A stretch of 64,000 nucleotides of DNA from an uncultured Candidatus Saccharibacteria bacterium (GTDB taxonomy: Bacteria > Patescibacteriota > UBA1384 > CAILIB01), in NCBI GenBank assembly GCA_964593885.1, contig CAZQKK010000001.1:361929-425928 (forward strand), written 5' to 3'. The position numbers and the translations under genes were made by a program. Each line of letters opens with the position of its first letter. Within the stretch, counting starts at the first letter, position 1. This document shows positions 11,101 through 18,720 of the stretch, piece by piece. A model generated the notes under the pieces. It saw nothing but the letters and a program-made list of their open reading frames with translations, made no database searches and was not told the DNA's origin.

Positions 11101-12463
11101 TGCAAACACTAGCGGTACCGCTTACGTACACACAGACCTGGTGAAAGATGGTGAGTACTTCTACTACGTCCAGTCTATTGATAAGACCGGAAACCACTCA
11201 GCATCTTCCTCAACTGCTTCAGCCATTGCCACAGGTAGGTACACCAAGGCGCCAGCCATCGTTTCTGAGCCGTCAGCAGTGTCACAGGCACGATCAGCCA
11301 AGGTAAGTTGGGCAACTGCTCGCCAGGCCACATCTGCAGTTGAGTACGGAACCACTGAAGAATTTGGTAATACCACAGGTAATTCACCTACCCAGCTGGT
11401 TACCAGCCACGAGGTGCTCTTGGGTAACCTACAGCCAGACACCGTCTACTTCTACCGTGCGGTATTCTTGGATGAAGATGGAAACACGGGAGTTTCTCCA
11501 GTTGCCTCCTTCCTTACCAAGCCAGCACCAGTTGTGGCAGGCCTCGAGGTAACCGACATTACCCTCAGCAGCTTCTGGGTAAGTTGGCAGTCAAATGTAC
11601 CTTCCCAGGGTGAGGTTGTCTACGGTGCTACCCAGGCATTTGGGGGAACAGTGAAAGAAGATCCTTTCTACACCACCACCCACCGGGTAAAACTTGAAGG
11701 GCTGCCAAGTGACACCATCCAGAACTTCCAGATTAAAGCTACGGATGAAGAGGGCAACATCTTCACCTCAGACATCTACACCCAAAGTACCTTGGCACTT
11801 CCTAAGGTGAGCAACGTGAAGCTTGAGAACAAGGTAGGGGTTGATACACCTACGGTGATCGTTCAGTTCTCTACCAACGTTGATGCAACCACCATCGTGA
11901 GGTACAGCACTGAGGGAAGCACTGAGAAGATCTACAGCGGTGTGGATTACTCTCTCGAACACGAACTTATTCTGGATGGCCTCCTACCTACCAAACCTTA
12001 CGTTCTGAAGATCAGTGGTAGAGATAGGTACGGAAACGAGTCAGCCCAGCAGCTCCACACCATTACCACCAAGTCTGATACCCTCCCTCCTAAGGTAGAG
12101 GCAATTACCGAGCGCCAAAGGGTTAGTGGAGAAGGTGCGGCGGCAGAAGCACAGCTTACCGTTAGGTTGACCACCAATGAGCCTGCTAAAGTAGTAGTTG
12201 AAGCAGCTCAGGGTACCGGGGCAACCCAGTTCACCATTGTTTCTCCTGAGCAGGCACTCAGTAGGGAGCACACCGTCCTCCTTCGCCTCGGAAAGCCAAA
12301 CGCCGCCTACACCTACAGGGTTACGGTGACAGATGAAGCAGGTAACCAGGCACAGACAGAAACCAAGACAATTGTGGTAGGTAGGGCAAACAAGGGAGCC
12401 TTTGAGCAGATTCTGGCTATCTTCAGCAGGAGCTTTGGCTGGCTCGGTTCAGTATTCAAGTAA
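5120..12463 (+). CDS. Giant surface protein (about 2447 aa): N-terminal TM, multiple Kelch-like beta-propeller repeats, a repeated beta-sandwich domain, and multiple FN3-like domains.
   Basis: Long ORF with one N-terminal TM helix (IHWAIFGHYVAAIAIVGALVL). It carries many '..GTNT.YRYD....W..L' Kelch-like repeats and repeated 'TAPTNP' FN3-like linkers. An alternative ATG start at 5210 is possible because TATAATG overlaps the 5120 ATG. Confidence 0.75.
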   Translation: MTEMRSSDTIFEVQALPPKHRPLKRAHHLLMSKGGTYHRWHQHPHHKKIHWAIFGHYVAAIAIVGALVLQGGFGSTALAAPLTYTVSNKDAWNQGTLSNTDSETTAGDLKVAPDGAWTARTWKTPPETLTLGAAFATDDTDVFVLKGNGDNAFWKYSPTLNTWSVLTNAPYGAYGSSLRMGGADTLYAIFGGYIAKFAKYTISTNTWTLLADLPDTVFNGSTLGWTGSALYLLRAGGTQDFWLYDTALDSWSSVAGPPATVGYGADLIWDGSTYFYTPRGAGTNTIYRFAPGTSTWSTMSTNYSTTISETSFGVYYSGALYFMRGTNTANFDRCTISALTCSGGAWTALTAFPAATRYAGMVYIPSLTQFLVFRGNTTMEHWRYNIAGNSFVGPAAYPATTGTGNDLLWDGSDTVYSLRGGNTNNFYKYTISTNTWAALTVTGLGTINSDSTNLAKSGNYVYALRGNGTNTLYRYDVTNDAGGWTTMTNAPATIADGGDFVYPGSGSYIYATRGTNTVSFYAYHIGNNNWTTLDPTDPGVAVSTGGRLVSDGTNVYMNPGLGNTNLYRYNVAGNNWTTLSRMPFAPYYGFDFAYNSGKIYATAGNYANTFWEYNIAGGTWRQLKSTQNDTTNERGFYNGAAIEYIGSNTILATRGAGSSEVLSFSTGSYEYAATGTYVSQTLDLSYVASWNSLTLSTSIPSGAAVSSDTRTSADGSTWSSWAAVSGTTISSPTNRYLQIRINLTAGTGRSTTPTVSDYVLSYNTDEALPTNPATFTCNSQDVGGVALTSGNTYTYPKPSCSWTAGSDGESGLAGYYVYFGTNASADPASLGWQQTATTYTVEQPISAGTYYLRVASVDAKNNVATATTGFTYVYAGVSPPTTVTKTLTADFSGGTESNVVTTSDQIRLTSKAGFWQEERLTAVPAGVGAGAGMVYKSTTGLIYVLRGNGTNTFYSYNPTTDAWVTLSSTNLPVVNVGGMLVNGPGNYLYAHAGNSTQKMYRYDITNDAAGWDDLSAEDSPSAFSTGGFMVSNGTYIYAMRGNNDDAFYRYDPATTSDGQWTTMANVDFGFPTVGQNNIPTTGAGLAFDGASSIYAIQGNGQSGGFAKYNIGSNTWTQLYSTPLPIMPNAGAFIAWDPDLQKLLYNAGAISTKTYLYDPANPGWTAVASAPAQMSTGAFAFKQGTKFYVLRGGNNTQMYTYNSAKNTWRVPAAGLFGYNYASGSNFGVGYGADMITASDGTVYATRGNYSSDFIKYNPTTGAVTRLSNLPSGVYLGGSLVYRANTQQIYATVGTGTNNGTAFFIYTISTDTWAEQTSDPLPIIAGAGSSMAYDGSRYIYYTRAGTSTGWYRYDTSASVGARWSAALPTTNLLNLDYGSDLVYRSGYIYTLRGSNVNPNILYRFDTTALPGGTWTALASIPNPVYNDGFMVDGGNGYLYAARGINTNSVYRYDIVGNTWATVANFPGQVSIGGEGTTNGTSKIYSFAGQGTATWTDAIYSYVIQSSNSSFEETGSYTSPSIDLSTVYKWANLTVDYTVPSNGGVTIETRSSADNSSWSGWASTGTGQRNGTTYTYAISSPYNRYIQVRFSLSSTDGVFSPTVSSFQVNYYQDTTAPTNPTALALAKSQASGGVNITSDTWYNYSAPYFEWPAAGDVNGAADTAGGSGVANYYVYYGTDNTAVPSTAGVLQSGRSYTAGAMSSGQTYYLRIQTVDDAGNIQGAIWDAYTYKLDTTAPTNPGSIGVNPVGYTNVDSYTFTISGGASDANSGLLKYQYRTGADGANTWYDVSPALSATVTLPDGAHTPAHYVDGANVFYLRTVDAAGNVAPTPISVQYYFGSSAPSPPTNLQVTPATNTTNSFTFEWEDPAAFIGEANKLTYYYSVNTLPNEFNTNSTTAKAVGPAPFASQRGTNRFYVVAKDEAGNIDYDQYAYVDFTADTSAPPAPTAVTASDISNKEGGEFRLVISWLVPTITDPNNFNGYDIYAASDEAGPYTKIANTSGTAYVHTDLVKDGEYFYYVQSIDKTGNHSASSSTASAIATGRYTKAPAIVSEPSAVSQARSAKVSWATARQATSAVEYGTTEEFGNTTGNSPTQLVTSHEVLLGNLQPDTVYFYRAVFLDEDGNTGVSPVASFLTKPAPVVAGLEVTDITLSSFWVSWQSNVPSQGEVVYGATQAFGGTVKEDPFYTTTHRVKLEGLPSDTIQNFQIKATDEEGNIFTSDIYTQSTLALPKVSNVKLENKVGVDTPTVIVQFSTNVDATTIVRYSTEGSTEKIYSGVDYSLEHELILDGLLPTKPYVLKISGRDRYGNESAQQLHTITTKSDTLPPKVEAITERQRVSGEGAAAEAQLTVRLTTNEPAKVVVEAAQGTGATQFTIVSPEQALSREHTVLLRLGKPNAAYTYRVTVTDEAGNQAQTETKTIVVGRANKGAFEQILAIFSRSFGWLGSVFK

Positions 12464-12471
12464 GGAGGGGA

Positions 12472-13398
12472 ATGGCTACGAAGAAACACGAAAAGAAAGG
12501 GGGGTTGAGCATTGCAGAGCTTGCAAAGTCTGCTGCTACTTTTCGTGCAACTGGAATGGAGTCTGTCGCCCCACGAAGGCATGAGCGAGGCCTGAGAGAT
12601 GACAAGGAGCACACCCCAAAGCCAGGTGCTCCTGCTATTGAGGCTAAAAACATTGTGAAGAACTTTAAAACAGGGGATGGAAGTACCGTGAGCGTTCTTA
12701 AAGATATTGATGTCACCATTCAGCCTGGCGAATTCATCATGATCCAGGGTCAGTCCGGTAGTGGTAAGTCTACATTCCTCAACGTCATGAACGGCTGGGA
12801 GCAGCCAACAGGAGGAAAACTGCTCATTGAGGGGCAGAACATCTACGAGTGGACTGAAGATGAAAGGGCACGTTTGAGGTGGGATGCCATCGCTCTCGTA
12901 CACCAGACGCCAAACTGGGTGAAGGCACTCAACGTGATTGATAACATTGCCATCCCTCACATGCTGGCTCGGCATACCCAGATTGAAGCTAGAAAACGCG
13001 CCTATGAGCTCTTGAGACTCCTGGAGTTTGAGCGGTTTGCCTACTACAAGCCGGTAGATCTCTCGGGAGGACAGCAGCAGCGTATGAGTTTCCTACGAGG
13101 CCTCATCAACAACCCCCGGATTATCATGGCAGACGAGCCAACGGGAAACCTTGACTCTGTGTCTTCAGATATTGTCATGGAGTTCTTTGACAGGATTAAT
13201 AAAGAGCTTTCGCGCACTATCATCATGGTTACCCACAACCTTGATCTCCTTCACTACGCCGATAGGGTGATCCACATTAAGGATGGAAAGGTAGATAAGA
13301 TTGCCGTGAATCGAAAGCGCAAGATTGAACCTCCTAAGTACCGAGATGTCCTTGAAATGGTCTTCTCAGACAACATCAAGCGGGAGGATCTCAAATGA
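12472..13398 (+). CDS. ABC transporter ATP-binding protein (MacB/LolD/FtsE family).
   Basis: Strong SD (AAGGAGGGG) before the ATG. Walker A GQSGSGKST, signature LSGGQQQR, Walker B IIMADEP. It has an N-terminal extension of about 60 aa. Confidence 0.9.
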   Translation: MATKKHEKKGGLSIAELAKSAATFRATGMESVAPRRHERGLRDDKEHTPKPGAPAIEAKNIVKNFKTGDGSTVSVLKDIDVTIQPGEFIMIQGQSGSGKSTFLNVMNGWEQPTGGKLLIEGQNIYEWTEDERARLRWDAIALVHQTPNWVKALNVIDNIAIPHMLARHTQIEARKRAYELLRLLEFERFAYYKPVDLSGGQQQRMSFLRGLINNPRIIMADEPTGNLDSVSSDIVMEFFDRINKELSRTIIMVTHNLDLLHYADRVIHIKDGKVDKIAVNRKRKIEPPKYRDVLEMVFSDNIKREDLK

Positions 13399-14597
13399 GG
13401 TGGCGCTACATCCTCGCTATTAGCTGGAAGAGCCTGATGGACAGTAAGATCAGGTCTATCCTTACCATCATGGGAGTTATTATTGGCGTGAGCGCGGTAA
13501 CCTTTCTAATCGCACTTGGGTACGGTTTTGAGAAGATGACCACTAGCCAGGTGAGTACCGAGAACGCTCTCAGAAGCTTTGATGTAAACCTTGATGATAG
13601 TGACCTTGTGGCAATTAGCCCCGAGGACCTTTCACGTTTCAAGGGAATCTCAGGTGTAGAGGATGTTGAGGCTGCCGTTAACCTTGCCGGCAAGGTGCTC
13701 TACAAGAACGTCAAGAGCGACATTGTAATCAATGGGTACAGCAAGAAGTTCTTTGAGATGAGCAACCTTAGGCTCCTGCGAGGTGAGGTGTACCAGGACG
13801 ACGCAAAGAGTGATGGCGTTGTGGTGAGTACTGCCCTCCTCACCACCCTCAACATTGCGGTGAACGATTTTGCCGGTACCACCCTGGGGGTGGAGGTGCA
13901 GGCAAGTAAGTCACTCTCACCTTCGCTCAAGGATGGTGAGAAGCGCACCATTGAGAACCTCAAGATTGTAGGGGTTATCGATGAGAATGAATCTCCGTTT
14001 ATTGTCCTGCCGTATGAGCGAATTAAAGCGGATGTGTTAGTAGCAAACTACAACACCGCAAAGTTGGTGACTACAAGCGAAGAGAAGGTGCCAGATATTC
14101 GTGAGCAGGTGAGTAGGGATGGGTTCTTCACCAGCTACGTAGGGGATACCATCGCCCAGATTAACTCGTTCTTTACCATCTTCAGGTACGTGGTAGCTGG
14201 ATTTGGCCTGATTGGAATGCTCGTTGCCGTACTTGGCATGTTCAATACCCTTACCGTTTCGCTTTTGGAGAGAACGAGGGAAATTGGTGTTCTCAAGTCT
14301 AACGGCGCTACTAGCCAGGATATCTGGAGGATGTTCCTCACCGAGGCAATGATCATTAGTACAGTAGGAGGTATTGCCGGCCTCGTGATGGGAGCCATTA
14401 TTGGCGAGACCATCAACTTCATCTTCAACGTCTACGCCAACCGCAACGGAGCCCTGCCAGTAGACTTCTTCTACGTGCCATTCTTCTTTGTGGTTGCAAT
14501 GGTTCTCTTCGTCCTCTTGATGGGAATTGGTACGGGGTACTACCCATCCAAGCGGGCAAGTAGGATTAGAGTTCTCGACGCACTTAAGTACGAGTGA
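13395..14597 (+). CDS. ABC transporter permease, FtsX/MacB-like.
   Basis: 4-nt ATGA overlap with the ATPase gene. N-terminal TM, large extracytoplasmic domain, three C-terminal TMs, about 400 aa. Confidence 0.8.
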   Translation: MRWRYILAISWKSLMDSKIRSILTIMGVIIGVSAVTFLIALGYGFEKMTTSQVSTENALRSFDVNLDDSDLVAISPEDLSRFKGISGVEDVEAAVNLAGKVLYKNVKSDIVINGYSKKFFEMSNLRLLRGEVYQDDAKSDGVVVSTALLTTLNIAVNDFAGTTLGVEVQASKSLSPSLKDGEKRTIENLKIVGVIDENESPFIVLPYERIKADVLVANYNTAKLVTTSEEKVPDIREQVSRDGFFTSYVGDTIAQINSFFTIFRYVVAGFGLIGMLVAVLGMFNTLTVSLLERTREIGVLKSNGATSQDIWRMFLTEAMIISTVGGIAGLVMGAIIGETINFIFNVYANRNGALPVDFFYVPFFFVVAMVLFVLLMGIGTGYYPSKRASRIRVLDALKYE

Positions 14598-14920
14598 TGC
14601 TCTCAGAAGCCCAACTCCTCCAGCAACGTAAACGCGAGAAGCAGTTCCACAGCCTGCTCCACAACGTGTGGTTTATCAGGTTTACCTCTGTTGTCGCCTT
14701 TGGCCTCTCAACAGTTCTCTTTGGAGCGATGCAGAGCTACCAGTCTGGTGGCTACTCGCTCCTGATCATTATCTTTGGTGCACTCCTCAACTTCATCTTC
14801 TCCTTCAGTAAGAACGTCGATATTAGGGAGGCAGTTCACGTACTCACCTTTGTGCTGTACTTGGGTATTCTCTACGCGGGTGGGATTAGCTTCTTCTTTT
14901 TCCTTGTGATAAGAGGGTAG
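14594..14920 (+). CDS. Small 3-TM membrane protein, hypothetical.
   Basis: ATGA overlap with the permease gene; hydrophobic segments. Confidence 0.4.
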   Translation: MMLSEAQLLQQRKREKQFHSLLHNVWFIRFTSVVAFGLSTVLFGAMQSYQSGGYSLLIIIFGALLNFIFSFSKNVDIREAVHVLTFVLYLGILYAGGISFFFFLVIRG

Positions 14921-14924
14921 GAAC

Positions 14925-15668
14925 GTGGGAGGCGCGGCCAAAAACCGGCGAGGGATAGGGTTTGCTGCAGCACTGATTGTGAGTGCTATTTCAGGTTTTT
15001 TTGCAGCTGCAGTGCCTTTTGGAGGTGAGCTCTCAGCAGTATCAAACCTGGCTGTCATAGTTTTTGCACTCCCAGCGCTCGTAGCCCTCTACCGTGTGGT
15101 GTCGCCGCAAAAGCTCTGGATACTCTTGGTACTAGCCTCATTCGCCATCCTAGTTGAGGCACTTTCAATTACCACGGGGTTTCCCTACGGTTTTTTCACC
15201 TACGGCTCAAAGATGGGGTGGCGGCTCGGAGGATTGGTGCCGTGGACGGTACCTTTTGCCTGGGTACCACTGGTGGTTGGTGCCGTGGCAATCTCTGCAA
15301 AGGTTGTGCCTAGGGGTGCCGCCAGGTTTGTCCTGGCCGTGTTGCTTCTCGTATTCACTGATCTCCTCCTAGATCCAGTTGCCGTTAAGCTTGGTTTTTG
15401 GAGCTACACATCTCCGGGTAGCTACTTTGGGGTACCCTTGAGTAACTTCATTGGGTGGGTTGTAAGCGGCGCCATTGGCGTGTTCCTCCTCAACCAGATG
15501 CTTCGTGGTAAACAAATGGGCAACCTCGCCACCAAGGGCTTCATCGCCATCCTCATCTTCTGGTCTGCAGCAGCCTGTACCCTTGGTCTGTACCTACCAC
15601 TACTCGTGGGCTGTGCCCTCATCCTCTTCACCTGGGGGACACAGGAGCAACAATTTAGGCTATTCTGA
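14925..15668 (+). CDS. Polytopic membrane protein; a link to the DUF422/carotenoid-biosynthesis-associated family is tentative.
   Basis: GTG start. Multi-TM with GFPYGFFTYG and LDPVAVKLGFWSY motifs. Confidence 0.45.
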   Translation: MGGAAKNRRGIGFAAALIVSAISGFFAAAVPFGGELSAVSNLAVIVFALPALVALYRVVSPQKLWILLVLASFAILVEALSITTGFPYGFFTYGSKMGWRLGGLVPWTVPFAWVPLVVGAVAISAKVVPRGAARFVLAVLLLVFTDLLLDPVAVKLGFWSYTSPGSYFGVPLSNFIGWVVSGAIGVFLLNQMLRGKQMGNLATKGFIAILIFWSAAACTLGLYLPLLVGCALILFTWGTQEQQFRLF

Positions 15669-15692
15669 AGGGGTAACTGTAACATACAACCT

Positions 15693-16574
15693 ATGGCTAT
15701 TCGTACCGCTCTCATTACGGCAAGTGGATTTGGCAGCAGGTTCTTTCCTGTTTCAAAGAGTGTTCAGAAGGAAATGCTCCCTGTACTCAATCGCCCCGTA
15801 CTGGACTACCTGGTAGACGACTGTATCGCTGCAGGGATCACCAACATCATCCTTACGGTGCGAGAAGGCCAGCCTTTAGTTCCTTACTACTACACCGAGC
15901 AACCCGCGGTGAAGCAGTTCTTTGATGAGCGTGGTTGGGGCGAAAAGTACGCAGCCCTTGAGACCCTCCACAACAAGGCTACCTTCACCTTTGTCACCCA
16001 GAGTCACGAAGATGGCTACGGAACAGGGGTGCCGGTGAGACTTGCCCAGAAGTACCTGGAGAACGAGGAAGCCTTCCTCTACCTCACTGGTGATGACTTT
16101 ACCTACAGCGGCCAGGGAAGTAGCAGTGCCTCTCAACTCATGTCGGTATGGGAGGAGACGAGAGCTGCTGCAGTTTTGAGTTGCCGAGAAGTTGAGTCAG
16201 AGCTAACCCACAAGTATGGCATTGTAGAGACCAGGGAAGAGGGTGGTAAGCAGTTCCTCACTACCTTCATTGAAAAGCCTGCCCAGGGAACTACCGCCTC
16301 TCGTCTAGCAAACATCAGTAAGTACGTCTTTACCCCAAGCATCTTCCCACTCCTTGAGAACCAGGGAGTTGATCAGAAGTCTGGTGAGCTCTACGTCACC
16401 GATACGGTACTCTCGCTATCAAAACAGCAGCCAGTAGCCGTGCACGTCCCACAGGGAGACTACCTGGACTGTGGTAACGTAGCGGGTTGGTTGAAAGCAA
16501 ACCTGAAGCTAGCATCCGCAGATCCAGCGCTCTGGGGTGAGCTTTCAGCCTACGTGTCTGAGCTGAATAAGTAG
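15693..16574 (+). CDS. galU: UTP--glucose-1-phosphate uridylyltransferase (GalU family nucleotidyltransferase).
   Basis: N-terminus AIRTALITASGFGSRFFPVSKSVQKEMLPVLNRPVLDY matches the GalU motif G-x-G-T-R-x-L-P-x-T-K-x-x-P-K-E-M-L-P. Confidence 0.75.
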   Translation: MAIRTALITASGFGSRFFPVSKSVQKEMLPVLNRPVLDYLVDDCIAAGITNIILTVREGQPLVPYYYTEQPAVKQFFDERGWGEKYAALETLHNKATFTFVTQSHEDGYGTGVPVRLAQKYLENEEAFLYLTGDDFTYSGQGSSSASQLMSVWEETRAAAVLSCREVESELTHKYGIVETREEGGKQFLTTFIEKPAQGTTASRLANISKYVFTPSIFPLLENQGVDQKSGELYVTDTVLSLSKQQPVAVHVPQGDYLDCGNVAGWLKANLKLASADPALWGELSAYVSELNK

Positions 16575-16575
16575 C

Positions 16576-17535
16576 ATGCAGGTACGAAAGCTACTGTACT
16601 GGGCTCTTGCGGGTCTCCTCGTTTTTTACCTGGTTAACCACCGTAACGAGCTTCTCCGTGTGGTTGAGGTTATGCTCCACGGAACGTGGTACTGGATGGC
16701 TTTTGCCGTAGTGTTCCAATCGTTTCACTACATCTTTCACGCAAATTCGCTTCGTGAGAGCTTTGCCTGCATGGGGATGGAGAGGAGGAGGCGGGAGTAC
16801 CTCCCAATTACCCTGGCTTCCCTTGCGGTAAACGTGGTGGCTCCAAGCCTCAATGTGTCGGGTGCCGCCTTTGTGGTAGATGAGATGAGGAAGAAGGGCT
16901 ACAAAGCAGTGGGAAGTGTCGTTGCAACGGCCATTGCGGTACTTTCTGACGGAGTGGCTTTCGTGGTTGGGGCCCTCTTAGTTGCCTGTTTCCTCTTCAT
17001 TAAACAGGAACTTTCAGCCCCAGTACTCCTCGGAGTACTCTTCCTCACCTCAACGGTTCTTACCCTGGTAGGACTGATTCTCTACTTCTGGAAGCGACCA
17101 AACTCTCTCAACTGGCTGTTTGCAATTATCGGGAAGAAGCGTGCTCACACCTGGAAAGAGGAGTGGCACAAGATTACCGAAGTGGCACTACCTTTCAAAA
17201 AGATTACCCCTGTAGTGATGTACGAGGGGCTTTCCCACCTCTCAAACTTTATTTCCCTCTGCTGCGCCTTCTTGGCATTTGGTGTGGATCCGGTGAGCCT
17301 CGTTCCGGCAACCGCCTACGTGGTAGCGGTGATCTTCATCATTTTTTCGCCAACCCCCATGGGCATTGGCTTTGCGGAGGGTGGAATGGCGCTGGCAATG
17401 GTAGGGCAGGGGGTGCCAGAGGCCGAAGCTACAGCCATAACCATCGCCTTTCGAGGTGTAAGTTTCTGGTTACCTTTCCTGATTGGGACCTTCTTTTTAC
17501 ACAAGATTCAGCAAGGAGCAGGACATGAAGCCTAA
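16576..17535 (+). CDS. Flippase-like integral membrane protein (UPF0104/LPG-synthase TM-domain-like).
   Basis: About 8 TM helices; the architecture resembles the lysylphosphatidylglycerol synthase TM region. Tentative. Confidence 0.45.
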   Translation: MQVRKLLYWALAGLLVFYLVNHRNELLRVVEVMLHGTWYWMAFAVVFQSFHYIFHANSLRESFACMGMERRRREYLPITLASLAVNVVAPSLNVSGAAFVVDEMRKKGYKAVGSVVATAIAVLSDGVAFVVGALLVACFLFIKQELSAPVLLGVLFLTSTVLTLVGLILYFWKRPNSLNWLFAIIGKKRAHTWKEEWHKITEVALPFKKITPVVMYEGLSHLSNFISLCCAFLAFGVDPVSLVPATAYVVAVIFIIFSPTPMGIGFAEGGMALAMVGQGVPEAEATAITIAFRGVSFWLPFLIGTFFLHKIQQGAGHEA

Positions 17536-18685
17536 CAGTAGAGACCAATCCAAAGACCTCATTTGGCTGGAGGTGAGCAAGTCAGCTTTCGCCCACAACC
17601 TTTCTCAAATACGTAAGCTAGTGGGGGACGAGGTATTAATTGCAGCCTGTGTGAAGGGGAATGCCTACGGTCACGGAATCATCGAGAGCTCAAAGCTACT
17701 CGCTGAGCTTGGGGTTGATTGGCTGTGCGTCTTTAACCCTGATGAGGGCTTGGCACTTCGGGAGGAGGGGATTACTAAGCCTATCCTAGTGCTGGGGTAC
17801 ATTCCACACGCCAGAATGGCAGAGGTTGTCCAGGCAGATTTGGTGCCGTTTCTCTCGAGCATTGAAGATGCCCTCTCGCTTGCCAGGGTGGCCAAGGAGG
17901 TGGGTAAGCGTGCGAAGGTACACCTGAAGCTGGATAGCGGATTAACACGCTTTGGTGTGCGTCCTGAAGCGTTTCAGGAGTTTGCCCTTGGCGTCCTTGC
18001 GCTCAAAGACCTGGAGGTAACCGGTGTAGGTACCCACTTTGCAACCTCTGATGCAGTAGGTGCAAACCCATACTTTGAAGATCAGCTTGGGGTGTTTGAA
18101 CACGCGCTCATGGAGCTCTCAGAGGCTGGCTTCGTCCCGCAGATCAGGCACGCCGCAAACAGCGCTGCCATCTTGCGCTACCCAGAGAGCCACTACGAGA
18201 TGGTGAGACCAGGGCGTGCCCTGTACGGCTACCTTCCCCACCCTACCGATGTCGCTCACTACGAGGCGAAGGGGGTTACTCTCAAGCAGGTGCTTCGGGT
18301 AAAGTCTCGGGTGGTGCAGCTCAAAAAGGTGCCAAAAGGTACAGCGGTGAGCTACGGTGGGACCTTCGTGACAGAGCGGGAAACAACGTTGGCAATGCTT
18401 CCGGTTGGCTACGCTGATGGGTACAGCCGATTTCTCAGCAACTGTGGCTCGGTGATTGTGAGCGGAAAGCGGGCGCCAATCAGGGGGAAGGTCTGCATGA
18501 ACGTGACGATAGTTGATGTGACAGATATTCCCCACGTAGAGGTAGGCGATGAGGTGGTACTCTTGGGCGAACAGGATGGTGAGCTCCTCAGTACCTACGA
18601 GATGGCAGAGCTCTGCATGCAAACCCTCCCGTACAACGTGATTACCGCCTTTCAAGAGACGCTGCCACGTTTCGTTGTAGATTAG
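17525..18685 (+). CDS. alr: Alanine racemase.
   Basis: PLP-lysine motif CVKGNAYGHG, typical length, and a C-terminal beta domain. The start was chosen at the ATG at 17525 (MKPNS..). Confidence 0.85.
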   Translation: MKPNSRDQSKDLIWLEVSKSAFAHNLSQIRKLVGDEVLIAACVKGNAYGHGIIESSKLLAELGVDWLCVFNPDEGLALREEGITKPILVLGYIPHARMAEVVQADLVPFLSSIEDALSLARVAKEVGKRAKVHLKLDSGLTRFGVRPEAFQEFALGVLALKDLEVTGVGTHFATSDAVGANPYFEDQLGVFEHALMELSEAGFVPQIRHAANSAAILRYPESHYEMVRPGRALYGYLPHPTDVAHYEAKGVTLKQVLRVKSRVVQLKKVPKGTAVSYGGTFVTERETTLAMLPVGYADGYSRFLSNCGSVIVSGKRAPIRGKVCMNVTIVDVTDIPHVEVGDEVVLLGEQDGELLSTYEMAELCMQTLPYNVITAFQETLPRFVVD

Positions 18686-18689
18686 GAAA

Positions 18690-18720
18690 TAAAAAAAGGT
18701 AGAACTGGTGTTCTACCTTG
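18690..18720 (-). terminator. Intrinsic terminator for the minus-strand plsY-fusion gene; the hairpin overlaps its stop codon.
   Basis: AGGTAGAAC-tggt-GTTCTACCT hairpin with a T-run on the minus strand. Confidence 0.5.

Noticed and set aside
12313-12975. 220-aa minus-strand ORF spanning the giant-gene 3' end and the ABC ATPase start.
   Set aside because: It is antisense to two well-supported genes (the ABC ATPase has Walker motifs) and shows no recognizable domains.
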